This document shows, in pieces, positions 42,255 through 57,402 of a stretch of DNA of 64,000 nucleotides. The notes beneath the pieces were generated by a model. It had not been told where the DNA came from, did no database searches, and saw only the letters and a list, made by a program, of their open reading frames with translations. A program made the translations under genes and the position numbers. This DNA comes from the human T2T-CHM13v2.0 reference genome, Homo sapiens. Position 1 is the first letter of the stretch. The number at the start of each line of letters is the position of its first letter. The stretch is taken from the NCBI RefSeq assembly GCF_009914755.1, contig NC_060932.1, one strand, 5' to 3'.

Positions 42255-43200
42255 GGGATAAATATTAAATATTTTTGCCCATCACTGTAGCAAAGCTTTT
42301 TTTTAAAGGAGTAATATGCAATGAGTATAGTAAATGCATGTAGTGAAAAGGACTTTCTCATGCAAATTGATGGGCATGTGAATTGTGAAAAGCAATTGGT
42401 CAACAACATGAACTGTGATGTGATAGAAACTTTAACTGCTTACCTCCTTCTGGTGCATGGGTGGACCACGCTTTCTCACCCAATCCCACTGCCTTGAAGG
42501 CAGACAGGGTTGTGTAACAAGTTCCGCCTACGGGGTATGAGTGAGTATTTAGGAACCTTCCTGTGAAGATGTAATTGGAGAGGAGGCTTGGTTGAGACGG
42601 TGGAACCAAAGCACTGAAAAGTCTGGACTGCTAAGGACAGCAGCTTCAGAGAGTAACCTGAGCCCACAAATGAATTCCCATAACTAAGAAGTAAATTTTT
42701 ATTTTTCTTAGGTCATTGAGATAATACTGCTGCTTGTTACCACAGCACACCTGGCTCATTCTGATTAACATACTTATTTAATTCTTTTAATGTCTATCAA
42801 TTGAGTTATGCACCTATTATAAAACAGATCCAGAAATTCCATTTATAAGGAATAAGAGAATACTCCTAAATATGGAAAAATATATTTATACATGAAGATG
42901 ATCTTTGTAAGGTTATTTTAAAACCAGCATTCCTGTAATAGAATAGTTAGCTGCTAAAGAAAAACATACCACATGTGCTTAGTAGATATTTATAAAGAAG
43001 ATGTAATAACGTGGGAAAATGTTTATGACTGCCATCCTCACAGACTTTCTATTCATATAGAAAAAGATTGAAGAAAAATCACCAAAAATGTTAAAAATTG
43101 GTTTTGTTGGGTAGTGCAAATATAAGCAATTTCTTCTTCTTTCTACAGCTTACAGTTTTCCAAATATTTTAAAATAAATGTATATCAATTTTTATAAAGA
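42255..43200 (+). mobile_element. Degraded L1ME fragments with an intervening old LTR remnant (~42430-42770)
   Basis: catgtgaattgtgaaaagcaattgg and ccagaaattccatttataaggaat...tacatgaagatg are L1 3' motifs. Confidence 0.5.
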
Positions 43201-44858
43201 AAAACAATGCTGCTCTTTCAATTACTCAAGTTTTAAAATTAATAACAAATAGGTTATTTTATTATCTCATTGGTAAGATTGTTCTTAATCCTGGAAACAG
43301 ATTTTTCCCTAGTTGCTCCGAAATCCAGGTGGTGGACAATCTTTACATTTTATATTTTTTGCTACTTTTGTTTATATACATGCAGAAAAGGCAAATTTTA
43401 AGAAAAGATGTTTGTGAGTTCATCTCATTTAAAAGCACAATAGGTGGCCTATTGATTTTTAAAATAGAGAGGCTCTGACCTTGACCAAGGCCTTCCCGCT
43501 CTTTGGAGCCCATTGTCCTTCTCTGATCCATGAGAGATTGAGTCTGGTGATCCCTAAGGCCCTCTTCCAGATCTTCTACTCTGTAATTCCATGTTCAAAT
43601 GGAGTAAGATGTTCACAATTTGGTATGTCAGAAGTGTAATTAAGTGTAATTCAACCAGGCATTGGAAAACATTTATCTAATTAATCTTTGTGAACAGGTA
43701 TCTATGGAAACAACTTACATTTGTATTTAAGGGAGGTAATCATTTATGAATTTATCCTTATACAATCATCACAAAGGTAAGTTGTGCCCAGGATAGCTTC
43801 TTGCAGTATGTACAACAGGACACAGTTTTACACCAGTTTTAGTAGAATCAAGTAGAAATCACTCTGACAAACTGAGATATCACCAGAGTTTCAGAAACTG
43901 GAGAGTCTAGGTTGAAAATATATCATAGGGATCGTGAGAGTCACAGTGCTCAGTAGACACAGTTTTAGAAAAGTTGAGAAAAAGACACTGGAATGATGGA
44001 AGACCCAAGTAATCATGGAAAGCAGAAGAAAATGGATTAGATATAGAGAGCACCATTTTTCATTCAACCTGGGTCAGTTTTACCCAATAATTCTGGAATG
44101 ACCACCTTGTTACCTAACTAGCTGCTCTTCTCTCTGGGCCTGAGCTTCTACACATAGAAAATTAGGGCCCTTGACCAGATAGCATCTAAAATTCCTGCAA
44201 GCTCTAATAATATGATTGAGCTAGTGTTTGTTTTTGCTATCATTTGATGTCCTTCAGCACTGATTTATAAGAACAAAATACAAAACTCAGGTTATGTGCA
44301 AGGAGACACTTCCATGTCTTGATAATGTCTGATAAGCGGAACTGGTGTCTTCCAGCTCACAGTTCTTTACTTCTCTCTAGCTTTGCTCTTCAGACCTCTC
44401 TGGCTGCGTGCAACAGAAGCTCAGCATGACCTGGCTCAAATCAAAAGGAGAAGCCTTGGTTCATATAACCAAGTCTCTGGAAGGGCATAGGTTCAGGTGG
44501 CCAAAAGACAATGGATGCAGGGTCTCGAACACTGTCAGGACTCTCCATGCTCTTTGGGTTTCAAGGTTCAAATCAGTTTCATCATGTTAGTGGAGTCATG
44601 GATATGGGCAGCTCTGGGCTCTCATTCCTGGGGAAGTTAGCATTCTTCCTTAAGCTCATCTTTGATAATTCACAGGTAAGGACACTGGTGGCACAGCTTA
44701 GGTCACAATCCCAACACCTGAGCCAATCATTATGCTCAGAGGTGAGAGATATGATGATTTGCCAACCTGGTCACATGTCCAGTCTTTTTAATCAAGAGGA
44801 TTTGGGTCATAATGGAATTAATAGAGACGTCCATACTGAGAGGGAAACAGAATAGCAG

Positions 44859-45482
44859 CTGTATTTGTTTTCTATTGCTGTGTCTCAAATTGCCACAAAC
44901 TTAGAGGCTTAAAACAATGCTCACTTATTAGTTCACAGTGCCATAGGTCAGAAGGCTGTGCACAGCGTGGCTGTGTTCTCTACTTAGGATCTCACAAGGC
45001 TAAAAGTGTTGGCAAGGTTTTCTTTTTTCTCATTAAGAGCTCAGGGTCATCTTCCAAGCTCATGTGGTCATGGCAGCATTCACTTCCTTGAGGTTGTAGG
45101 ACTGAGGCCCTCATTTCTTTGTTGGCTATCAGCTAGGAGCTGCTCTCAGCTCCTAAAGGCCCTTCATATTCCTCTTCAAATCCAGCTTTGGAGAATCCCC
45201 CACCCCGGCTCCAGTGTCAAATTTATTTCACACTTCGAATCTTTGAATCTCTTTCACCAGCAAGAGCCCAGTCCTTTTTAAGGGCTTGGCTGATTAGATC
45301 AGCACCTGCCGCTCCCCAGATAATCTTCCCACCTTAAGGTCAGTTGATTTGGCACCTTAACTACTTCCGCAAAATCTCTTCATGGTACCTAGCTTAGAGT
45401 TTGATTAAATAACTGGGAGAATGTGTACACCAGGGAAGAGGAGAGTAGGAATACTGGAGATCATCTTAGAATTCTGCCTAAC
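44859..45482 (-). mobile_element. MLT1E-type MaLR LTR
   Basis: tgtatttgttttctattgctg...ccacaaacttagaggcttaaaacaa...gttgtaggactgagg...catcttagaattctgccta. Confidence 0.85.
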
Positions 45483-47061
45483 TTGCCATGTGAACTTAGG
45501 AAGTTTGAATTTGAGTTTAGTCTGAAGACTAAATCTACCTAAATCTTGAGCAACTAATTCACTTATTAAACTGGTTGCTTGACTCATGTAATCAACATAA
45601 TTTAATCGAATAAATTTTAAAAAGTCATATGATTTTCTTCACTTTAGGAAGATAGAATATGAATTTAAAATAGAGCTTACTGAGGTAAAAGCATGTTTTA
45701 AGCACTTTCTCCATGGTGCTTTTCAGATGAGGAGCTGTTTGATTCCATAAACTCAATTAGGCCCTTCTGTTATACATCCTCATGGAACTCTGTTCTATGA
45801 CTTTCGAGACACTCCTAATTACTTACTCAACACTATTACCACTATCCTGTATCCTGACAATGCAGAATCTGCATTTCCTGTTCCATGCATCATGCCTGGT
45901 ACATGGCATAGTGGCTGGCACATACAATAAATATTCACAGAATAAAAGAGGACAAATGCCAGGCCATGCTTTCATCATTTATGTACTCCCTGTGCTTAGG
46001 GCAGTACCAGCACATAGTAGATGTTCAGTTGAAGTGGAAGGAAGTCACGAAAGGAGGGAAGAAGAGAGGAAGGCAGAACATAGTGCTAGGCCCCTTTAAA
46101 AGAAAGCAGCTAACTCTGCTTCCTGCTGTGTTGACTTGATTGACCTGTACAAACACTTCTTAGCATTTTACTTCCAAGAACAATCGTATAAGGTGATTTA
46201 ATTATTTCCCAATGGTTGCTGGGACTCTTGAAGCCCATGCAAGACAATGGGCAAAAGGGTCCCCACACCAAAATTGGCATTGGGTATACCCAGAGGGTGT
46301 TTATCTGGCTGGGCTCCATGCCACTGGTCGCCCAAGGCTGTTCTCTTTGTTTGTTTTATCTCAAACACAGTCATATGCCCACTTCAGGTCTCTGTACAGG
46401 CAAAATGTGTCTGGAGTCAATTACTTAGCAAAGCAAGTACACTCATCCCCAGGCCTGTACTAGACTTTAACTGCAGACAGGCCAAACTCACAGAACCTGT
46501 ACTGCTTATACAAAAGGAGACCTCTTATTACGTCCAGGGGGAAGTCAATATCACTTATAATATGTTAACTATCTCACTGACCCTGGAGATGATCTGGCTA
46601 TGGAGAAGGGCTCAAGCAATCAAATATCTCTGAAAACAGACACATAATCTGGGTCCAAAATGTCAGTAATAATGTACAAACAGACCATCTTCTTGGAAGG
46701 AAATTTGGGAAATACCTTCCAGGGATGTTGTCCATGACATAGTGTTGGTCTTCCCTGCCAGCCCCTCCCTAACTTCCTCCTTCCCCTACCCTGGCCTCAC
46801 CCACAACTACAACTCTCACTTCTCTTTTAACCTGTAAGTGGAAGTCTGATGATGATCGCACACACGTCCTCCTTCCTAAGTGCTGCATTATGTCCTGCCT
46901 CTTTTTTTGCTCTGATGCATCACTAGTTGCAGGACGAAGCTATTCACAGACCCTGGATCGAGTCCATGGGGAGAGACCATTGGGAAGAACATGATTTTTA
47001 AAGCTAGTTTTACCTCAACACTGCTCAATCCCAGACCACTCTTCCCCAGTCACTTGCTTAT

Positions 47062-47799
47062 TGCTATGGGCTGAATGTTTATGTCCTCTGAAAATTAATA
47101 TGTTGAGGCCCTAACTCCCAATGTAATAGTATCTAGAGGTAAAGCCTTCGGGAGTATTAGGTTTAGATGAGGTCGTGAGGGTGAGAATTCTCATGAGAGA
47201 AACAGTGCCCTTATAAGAAGAGGAAAATAGGCCGGGCACGGTGGCTCACGCTTGTAATCCTAGCACTTTGGGAAGCCAAGGTGGGTGGATCACCCGAGGT
47301 CAGGAGTTTGAGACCAGCCTGGCCAGCATGGTGAAACCCCGTCTCTAATAAAAATACAAAAATTAGCTGGGCTTGGTGGCAGGTGCCTGTAATCCCAGGC
47401 TACTTGGGAGGCTGAGGCAGGAGACTCACTTGAACCGGGAGGCAGAGGTTACAGTGAGCCAAGATCACGCCACCGCACTCCAGCCTGGGCAACAGAGTGA
47501 GACTCCGTCTCGAAAAAATAAGTAAATAAAAAATAAAAAGAGGAAAATAGATTCTCTCTCTCTCTCTCTCTCTCTCTCGTCAGTGCACTCACCCAGGAAA
47601 AAACCACATGAGGAAACAGCAAGACAGCAAGACAGTGGCCACTTACATGTACAAACCAGGAAGAGGGTCCTCACCAGGAAACGAATCCACTGTCACCTTG
47701 ACCCTGGACTTCCGGCCTCCAGAACTGTGAGAAATAAATAGTTTTTTAAGCCACCCAGTCTATAGTATTTTGTTACAGCAGCCTGAGCCGACTAAGACA
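47062..47799 (+). mobile_element. MLT1A-type MaLR LTR, split by an Alu
   Basis: tgctatgggctgaatgtttatgtcc...gactaagaca; perfect 5-bp TSD cttat. Confidence 0.92.
47230..47537 (+). mobile_element. Alu (AluSx-like)
   Basis: Full Alu; TSD aagaggaaaata. Confidence 0.97.
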
Positions 47800-49469
47800 C
47801 TTATTGCAATTAATTATTTGTATGATGACAGACTTCTTCCTTTCTACTACAGCTCTCTAAGAATTCATCTTATTTGGTTTCACCCCTCATGGTGCCTAAC
47901 TACAGGTACTTATGTGTATAAATGGTTGTTAAATGTTTCTCAAACCTCCGCTTTTGTCCTAAGGAGTTTGGACTTGATCACTTATGCAGTAGGAGCTGCT
48001 GGGGGTTTCTGAATGCAAAGTGGTATTAGCTGTGGTTCTCAAGCAAATGACTTACCTTTGGAGCCTCAGGTTTCTGGTAAGAGAAATTAGGTTGCACAAA
48101 GGCAGAAAGACGAGAAAGTTTTTTGAACAGCGTAACTTCATTGCGCAAATGTAAAATATCCTTAAGAGCTCACATTTGCCCCTTGCATTCCTCGAAAGGG
48201 CAGAGCATCTGCTAAAAGACCAATCTGTGAAGCACTAACTTGACTTCTGCTTATTTAAGCTGGACTAATCTTGTGACTAATTCTATCACTGTGCTGTGGC
48301 TGCCTAAGCAGGGAAAATGTCCAAATGTGAAGGGGTTGAAATCCCTTATTATGGGGAAAATATCCCAGCATGCCTTTCAACTTTACTTTTGGCAAAAGTG
48401 AAGAAGATTCCTTTCTAAATAGCAAAAATTCACTTTGCTATACAAGAACTACTGAGGGGGATAAACCCTTGACTTTAAACTTGTCAAATATGTTTCGCAG
48501 CTAACAAAGGCTAAACACACACACAGACACGTACACAGACACACACACACATAGTCATGCCTATTGCTGCCATTTTATCCTTAGAATAACTTAATTATAA
48601 AGACCACAATACACTAAACACTTCCTACAAAATGTCCTAGCCAGGGACTATGTGATAAAGATTTCCATATATGGGCGTGTGACTAAGGACTGAGAGAAAA
48701 TATGGCAGAGACTGCTGGCTACAAATCTTGGATAATTCCCTGAGAAGGAAAAGGAAAAAAAAAGAAGCATAACAAACCTGCCGCATGCAGGAAATGCCTG
48801 GCTAACATAACGGCCGAGCATATTCGTGTGGGAAAATGCACAGGCTCACAAGCAACAGCTTTCAGGGGAAAGATGTCTTCAAAATACTCTCTCCCCATTT
48901 TTACGCTTTCCGATTCCTAAGAGCTTCTGCGGGGACTTCTGAAAACGACCTTGGCACTTTAGGCCAGGACTTTTTGAACAGCCTTTTTCAAGGGCTTAGC
49001 TCCATGTTCTTTGCAAATTGCTAAATCCTTCAACCTCTAAATTTTGTTTCAAAGTCATAAATTTCTCTCCAGGCTTCTTGGTTTTCAGAAACCAGCACAG
49101 CATGTTTCATCTGTGAACAACTGGAAGAAAGCAATTTTACTGCCAAACTTAAAAAAAAAAACGGCAAGTTTCATTGGCTTTTAATTCTATATAAAGGTAC
49201 GCCCTGCCTGCCAGATGTGGGTAAGTGCAATAGAATTAAAGTTGTTTAATCCTCAGCATTGCATAGGTTTTCTAGTCTAAAAATATCTCACTAGGCTAAA
49301 ACGCTGGTCTGTATGAACATAATATAAATTAGAAGAGCTGAATGTAATAGTCCTTGGTTAGCTGAGAAATTTAGCAGCCCAAGCACATTTGGGGTGTTAT
49401 CTACTTGCAAGTCTACTGGTCCTCACTCCAAGTTCCTTTCTGCTATCTGCAGCCCCTACACACAGTCAG

Positions 49470-49700
49470 GGACATTGATGTTGTGGGGTCAGGTGGGCCA
49501 CCTAGATTACAGGACAGTCCTGCCTTTACATAGGTGTGTGTTTTGGGGCAAGTCACTCACCTTCACTGAGCCTCGGGTCCTCCCTGAAAGGTAAGGATAA
49601 CAGGAAGCCTCTCCCAAAGATGGGTCAAGATGAAATAAGATGACAAGTGTAAACATTTATCACCATGTCTGGCACTTCTTAAGCTCTCACTAAATAACAG
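49470..49700 (+). mobile_element. MIR
   Basis: gggcaagtcactcaccttcactgagcctcgg...aagatgaaataagatga. Confidence 0.7.
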
Positions 49701-50031
49701 CCTGTCCTTATTAGGTTCATCCGTCTCTGCTTGAGCACTACTGTAGAGGACAAATTGATCAGTGGGCACCACTGAGCTTTTGGTATTTCTGATACAAACC
49801 AATTCTGTAAGACTCATTACATTTAATATGTTAAAGCCAAAATGGATTTCTTCTGAGTAACTTAATATGTACATTCTGAAGAACTTTGAAATCACCCACA
49901 GAGTCTCAGTAATTGGCTACATGTTATTTTTAATATATTAATTGATAGCCTGCAACAATCCTCCTTGAAAAGTCCTAGGTTGAGTGTCAGAATCTCCCCC
50001 AGAGTAGGATGTCCCTGGAAGCAGCTCGTGG

Positions 50032-50032
<1 letters not shown>

Positions 50033-50092
<60 letters not shown>
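50033..50092. repeat. (TG)~21(AG)~9 microsatellite
   Basis: Direct reading. Confidence 0.97.
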
Positions 50093-50093
<1 letters not shown>

Positions 50094-50152
50094 CATGAAG
50101 TTTTCAGACTAATGCTGCTCTACTACGGCACTTCCTCTTTATAGTGACTGAA

Positions 50153-50505
50153 TGATATGGTTTGGCTATGTCCCCATCCAAATCTCAGCTTGAAATGTAA
50201 TAATCCCCACGTGTCAAGAATGGGGCCAGCTGGAGATAATTGAATCATGGGGTGATTTCGCTCATACTGTTCTCCTGGTAATGAATAAGTCTCATGAGAT
50301 CTGATGGTTTCATAAATGGGAGTTCCCCTGAACAAGCCCTCTTGCCTGCCACCATGTAAGATGTGACTTTGCTTCTCCTTTGCCTTCCACCATGATTGTG
50401 AGGCCTCCCCAGTCACATAGAACTGTGAATCCATTAAACCTCTTTTTAAGATAATACCCAGTCTCAGGTATGTTTTTATCAGCAGTGTGAGAACAGACTA
50501 ATACA
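50153..50505 (+). mobile_element. THE1 (C/D-like) solo LTR
   Basis: tgatatggtttggctatgtcccc...gaacagactaataca; TSD ctga(a/t). Confidence 0.93.
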
Positions 50506-50785
50506 CTGATTGAGTTCAAATGCTCTGTTACTTAGGTACTTAGCCTTTCTGTGCCTCAATTTCCCATCCGTAAAATGACTCTGAGCAACAGAATACCTAC
50601 TTCCTGATGGCATTAGGAAGGGAGAGCTGTTTATGCTATGCCTAAAAGCAGTATGGCATAGTCGAGAAAACAAGAGCTTTGGACTGGGCAGGGGCCTGGC
50701 TTCAAATCTCAGTCCATCCTTTTTCCAGCTGTGGCCATGGCCATGTACTTTATGTCTTTTGGCCTATTTTCTCATTTGTAACAGA

Positions 50786-51285
50786 GTGGCAGACCCCGAT
50801 GTTGCTTACGCCATATCTGTTCCTCATTCTTCTTTACCAATAAAACTCTGATTTTGTTTGGAGCTTAACTGTGCCCAGATAAAAATATTCATCTTACCAT
50901 CGCCCATTTGATATAGTTCTGGCCAATGACACATAAGTAGAAATCACTAGGTACAGTGGATGGGAAGCTTGTTTCTTGAAAGAGCAGGCCCGGCTGGCAT
51001 GATCTTCTCCTTTTGCCTTTCTTCCTTCTTCTCCTTCCCCAGGAACCCAGACACGATGCCTGGAGGGGAGTCAGCCATCCCATAATCATGAGGTGGAAAA
51101 TATGAAGAGGAAGGCCTACACACTAAGGATAGTAGAGCAGAAAGATGGGAAAGGCCTGGTCCCTGATGGCTCCCAGAGCTCCTGGGAAAGCCTGGGCAGC
51201 CTGCCTCCAGACTTCTTATTTTTAGAGACGAGTCTTTGTTGTCAGTCTCTCTGTTACTTGCAGTGAAACTCGTTCAGAACAAACA
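50786..51285 (+). mobile_element. MLT1J-like LTR inserted in a MIR
   Basis: agttctggccaatgacacataagtagaaatcac...ctctgttacttgcagtgaaac; MIR pieces on both sides (50650-50780, 51290-51400). Confidence 0.7.
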
Positions 51286-54205
51286 CACGTGGGAACTAAA
51301 ATGGTACTTACTTCCTAGGGTCCTCGTGAGAGTCAGAGAAGGTTAGGTATGTGAAGCATGTACCACAATTCCCAACACACAGTTGACTTCCAATAAATGT
51401 GTATTCCCTTCCTCCCTTCCCCATCTTCACATTAGGGATTCTCTCTGCTACCAGTAAATATCAAGGGTGTTGAGGGCCAGTTCAGATATCTTCCTTTTAA
51501 TGCATGTTAATCTCTAAGTGTGGATTGCCAAACTAGAAGTGACCCCACCATCTGATATGACTTCCCAAAGCAAATACATATATAGACTGTTCTTCTTAGA
51601 GCAGAGTTGCAGGAGAAAGGGAGCTAATGGCCACGTGGGGCTCTGCACTAGTACAAAGCATTTCAAGTTTTATGATAAATTCTGAGCCCCACATTTCAGG
51701 ACAGACCCCCCTACTTAGAGAAGATGCCAAATGTGTGTGATGCTATCTGAAAACCTCTGCCATATTAGCTACTTTTGTATGTTTAGTTTAGAAAATAGAA
51801 GATTTAGGGAAACATGGAAACTTTCTTCAACTATAACTTGCATCCTAGGGAGATCCGGTCAACTATTAGCTGTGTGGACTCAACAGCAGCTTCCGAAAAG
51901 CCTTCCAGTTCTATTTGAGATGAACTATGGGTCACAGGCTTTGAAAGGATGACCAACATATATTCTCAGTAAATATTTAGTGAATTGATTAACTAATGAA
52001 AGGCCTACATATTTAGCCCCGATGTTTCTATGTTAAAATGCAGCTGGAGTCCTCAATATCTAACTTATTGGTAAAGACATGGCCTTGTGTGAAATGGGGT
52101 CACCTGCCTTTGAGGTCATCTGAAATCCAGCTTTACTTTTCTCTACCTGATAAGCTCCTATTTTGGAAATTTACTGGAAAGACCACCTTGAAGAGGCAGG
52201 GCCTACAGCCTACCCCAGCCCAAAGCCAAAAGCAGTGGCTATAAAACTGGAATTGCTAAGGCCAGAGGGACTGGTTTATGTGCAAGCCATTTTTATGAAT
52301 ATCTTGTTTATTTCAAGTGAGTTAGCATCACACACATTTGGCATCTCCTCCAAGATGTCTACTTAGTTGGTTAGAAGCACACAAAATGGAGTCTGAGCTC
52401 TCAGCAATGGCATGTTAACTGTACTCAAAGTTATTAAATCTCAAACATGTGGAAAAGAAAAAGTCATAATGCTACCAGTGGAGAGGAGACAGTGCACACG
52501 AAATCTATGAATGTGAAGACAGCATGTTGGGAAATGAAGCAAAAGGGAATTTTTCATTACTTGTATCTGGTTTTATGTTACAGTGAAAGCTATCTGGCTA
52601 CTACAGTTGGTTTTATGTAGACCTCATCTATAACTACCTAAGCACTCCACTGGGCTAAAATTTAATCAAATATCTTGGTTTCTAGTTAGTAGATTTGTGG
52701 CAAGCATCAGTGATTTAAAAAAAAAAAACAAAAAGACACCTGAAGTATTCCCACCTTAGACTTAATAAATGTTCCCTTCTCAAATTCAGGTTGAAACAGA
52801 AGAAATTCTCTGATGGAGGCAAGGGAATTAGTTATCTCACTTTTTATTTTTTCAACTTACTTAGACAACACATTCATTTTATTGAGGACTCCTGGCATTG
52901 AATTTGAAGTTTCAAAGCTTTGGAACTCATTTTTGAGGTGATATTGGGAAAAAAAGCATCACATCTTTTTAATGAATTTTTTTCCACTATCAATAAAAGT
53001 CGGCTGAACCGTTTCCCATCGTTCTTCCCTCCTGAGCCTTGCTCCAACTTTACCTTTCTTTTCAAATCTGCCAAATTTCCAGTAAAATCCTCTTTCCCAG
53101 AATATGACAAACTTTGACTAATGAAATTAAGGCACCTAACTCTGGCAATGAGGGAGAGGACCAGGTTCATGTGGATATTTTCCTTAGGATTTATTTGGAT
53201 CATCTATAAAGCCCTGTATTTATACGTGTTAATTTTTTTAAAATCCTATAAGAATGAATGGTGCACAGGCCCTTTTGGGAAGGCAGGAGGAGGTTGTGTA
53301 AGAATGAAATAGTTCCTCAAATCCACAGCTGGAGCCCTCTGCCAGCCTATCAGGGCCTGTAAACTGAATTTTTGCATATTTCAAGAACTGCAGTGGAGAA
53401 TCCAGATGAGAGAGGAGCTAGGTTTGTCAGACAGCATCAGGAATCTTGTGTGTTCAGCTCTGAGTGCCACATTTTAACCCAGACACAGGCAGCCCAGAGA
53501 ACACTGAGAGATGCTGGGAGGGCTGGAATCTATGCTGGCTAAAGTTTGCTCCAGGTGCTGCTGGTGTGCAGGGTAAGGAGAGTCCCGCACAGGAGGCAGC
53601 ACAGTAGCCTCTGATGCTGGAGCCCTGTCCTGAGAGAGAAGGGGCAGTGTTCTTAGATTTAGCACCCAAGAGCAGCTTGGATCAGGGTGGAAGGAACACT
53701 CAGCGAAGCTGATCTCGGATCAAGATGAAGAAACGCTTTCTGATTCGGAGAATTGCCCCAAATGGAGTGAACTGCTCCATGAGAAGATAATCCTTGTAAT
53801 CAGTAGCTGGTGATTTAAGTAATCACCAGCTACTTAAAGTCTCTTTAAGGTCTGTAAAACACTTTCATAATGTATCATCTCAGTGGAGAGGCATTTCCCT
53901 ATCTTACTGATGCGAAAACAGGATTCTGTGAGATCCATGGCTTTTCCAAAGTCACATAATCATCCTAGAGTCTTAGTGTTGGAAGGGACGAAAGATGTCA
54001 TCCAGACAAAGAAGTGAGTGAGGATCTGAGATTGGAATCAGCTCTCCCAGCCTCCTGGTCCAGTGTTCCTAACTGACATTTCGTGTCCTTTCAGCCTGCT
54101 CCTTTGGCTAGGAGTTTTCAAATTCTGCCTGGGAGCACCTAAGGATCATCCTTCACCCCTCTGTTCCCACCTTCACCCACAGAAGTATAGCACAGTAAAG
54201 AATTA

Positions 54206-54514
<309 letters not shown>

Positions 54515-54729
54515 AAAGAATGATCCTAGCTGGGCTTGATTCTTAAGGTCTACAGTTAACTGGCAGTGTAAACTTAACCTCTCTAAGCCTCAGTTTCATC
54601 ATTCACCCACTGAGGATGACAGTGGTACTATGTCATGGGTCTTATGCTATGGGGGTTATATGAGATGATTCATGGATGATGTCCATTGGCACAGAATAAA
54701 CACCCATTGGGTTTTCAGCTCAATTTTAC

Positions 54730-55310
54730 CTGTGCTATCACCTAGTCCAGGTCTCTGTTATCTGTCACTGGGAACTATAATATCCTCTTAATTAGTCTTC
54801 CCACATCCATTCGTGCCCTGTCCAATGTATTCTCCATATTAGAGATGAGTGACCTTCCTAAAATGCAAATCTGATCATGTCACTCACTCCTGGACTCAAA
54901 ACTCTGTAGTGACTTCCATTGATTTTAAGATGAAGGCCAAAATCTTTAGCAAGGCCCACAACATCATGCAAGGTCTGGCCTCAGCACACCAGCCTCCAGC
55001 TTTGGCTAATACAACCTCCTCTCAATCAGCTCTGGCCACATTGGACTTCCTCCTGTTCCTAAAGTCTTGCAGGAACATCTCCCACAGAAGGTCAGGTTGC
55101 CCCGCCCCCACACTGCTACTCTCAGAGCCTCATTTACAACCTTCTGGCATTATCCCCATGCATGGTCATATATTTGTGTGATTATTTCACTACAGTTTTT
55201 CACTAAATTATAATTGCCTTAAGGGTTTGCTCACTCCTGTTCATCAACATCAGGCATGGAAGCTGTCATTTAGTAGATGCTCAAAGAATATGTGTTGAAT
55301 GAGTAAATGG
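54730..55310 (+). mobile_element. L2 3' region
   Basis: ttcctaaaatgcaaatctgatcatgtcact...tagatgctcaaagaatatgtgttgaatgagtaaatg. Confidence 0.85.
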
Positions 55311-56402
55311 CTTTGTAGGGAGCACTTTCAGAAAATATTTCTATGAGGCTTAGGGTAGATTTACTCCAAGATCCCTGATTTCTCTGGGATTAGATGATTC
55401 CATGCTTCCTTGTGCATCCTCCTGTTCCCCTGTCCAGACATCTTAGTATGCAGCTGAGTCCGCAGGAGCCTTTCAATAAATCCTTGCAGGCTTATAAGCA
55501 AATGAGTCAGAGAAGTAGAAAATGAATCTTGAGCTAAATATATGGAAATTCTTAACCTGACATTCTCTTTTCTTCCCAACAGAAAGGAAGACATTTATTA
55601 GGCATGTGATTTGGGGCAAATTAATTAACATCTCTGAGCCTATTTCTTTGTTACAAAAATTATTAGAATTAGTAGAGAGCTCACCTAGATTCCTAGATAT
55701 AAGTTCAACATATAAAAAATAAAATTGTATATCTTCATATCAGCAATAAATAATTTGAACTATAACTTAAAAAATATTATTTATAATAGCAATATAAAAA
55801 TATAAGGTATATGAATAAATATAACAAAAGCTATGTAAGATCTTGTGGAGAAAATTATAAAGCTTTATTAAAAGACATTAAAAGGGATCTAAGTAATCAG
55901 AGAAATAGACCATATTCATGGATATAAATACTTTATAATACAACTCTAATTGAATTCCTGAGAAAAACTAAAAAGAAACATGACGAGAGTTTTTGTGGAT
56001 TTGACAAGCTGGTACTGTCATTAGATAAAAGGGTAGTGGGCCAAGAATAATCAAGACAATTCTGAAAAGAATCAGGTAGTGAAAGTATAGAGGAAATAAG
56101 GTACCCTTAATTGCCTACAGCAATTAAGATGGTGTGGTTTGGTGCAGGGAGAAAAAAACAGACCAATGCAAAAGAATACAGAGTTCAGAAATAGATCCTT
56201 GCATAATGATAATAATATATAAGAAAATTAAAATTGAAGATCAAAGAGAAAAGAATGGTTTAATCAATAAAACTATGCCAGGACAACTGGTCATCTGTGT
56301 AGAAAAAATTAAAATAGATCCTCTCTTCACTCAATTTCCTAAAATTATCTCCAGGTAAATCAAGATATAAAAATGAAAAGTGGATCTTTAAAACGTTTGG
56401 GA

Positions 56403-56705
56403 GGCTGGGTGCAGTAGCTCACGCCTGTATTCCCAGCACTTTGGGAGGCCAAGTCGGGCGGATCATGAGGCCAGGAGTTCAAGACCAGCCTGACCAACAT
56501 GGTGAATCCCCATCTCAACTAAAAATACAAAAATTAGCATGGTGGGCATGGTGGTGCATGCCTGTAATCCCAGCTACTCAGGAGGCTGAGACAGGAGAAT
56601 CACTTGAACCCGGGAGGGGGAAGTTGTAGCGAGCTGAGATTGCGCCACTGCACTCCAGCCTGGGCAACACAGTGAGACTCCATCTCAAAAAAAAAAAAAA
56701 AAAAA
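56403..56705 (+). mobile_element. Alu (AluSg-like)
   Basis: gggcggatcatgagg (2-bp deletion diagnostic), poly-A tail. Confidence 0.93.
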
Positions 56706-56991
56706 GCCTTTTGGGAGGAAGTATTAGAGAGAATCTTTCTGAAGGATTTCTAACCCTTAAGAGAAAAGATTGATAAATTTGACTGCATTAAAATCTCAAA
56801 TGCCATTGAGTACAGAGTTTCAATTGAGAAAGATCCTAAAGCTCTGGATATGGATGCTGGTGATGCACAACGATGTGAATGTACTTAATGCTACAGAACT
56901 GTATACAATAAATGATTAAATGGTAAATTTCATGCTATGTATATTTTACCACAACTTTAAAAACCCAATACTTTTAAAAAGTGAAAAAACA

Positions 56992-57402
<411 letters not shown>

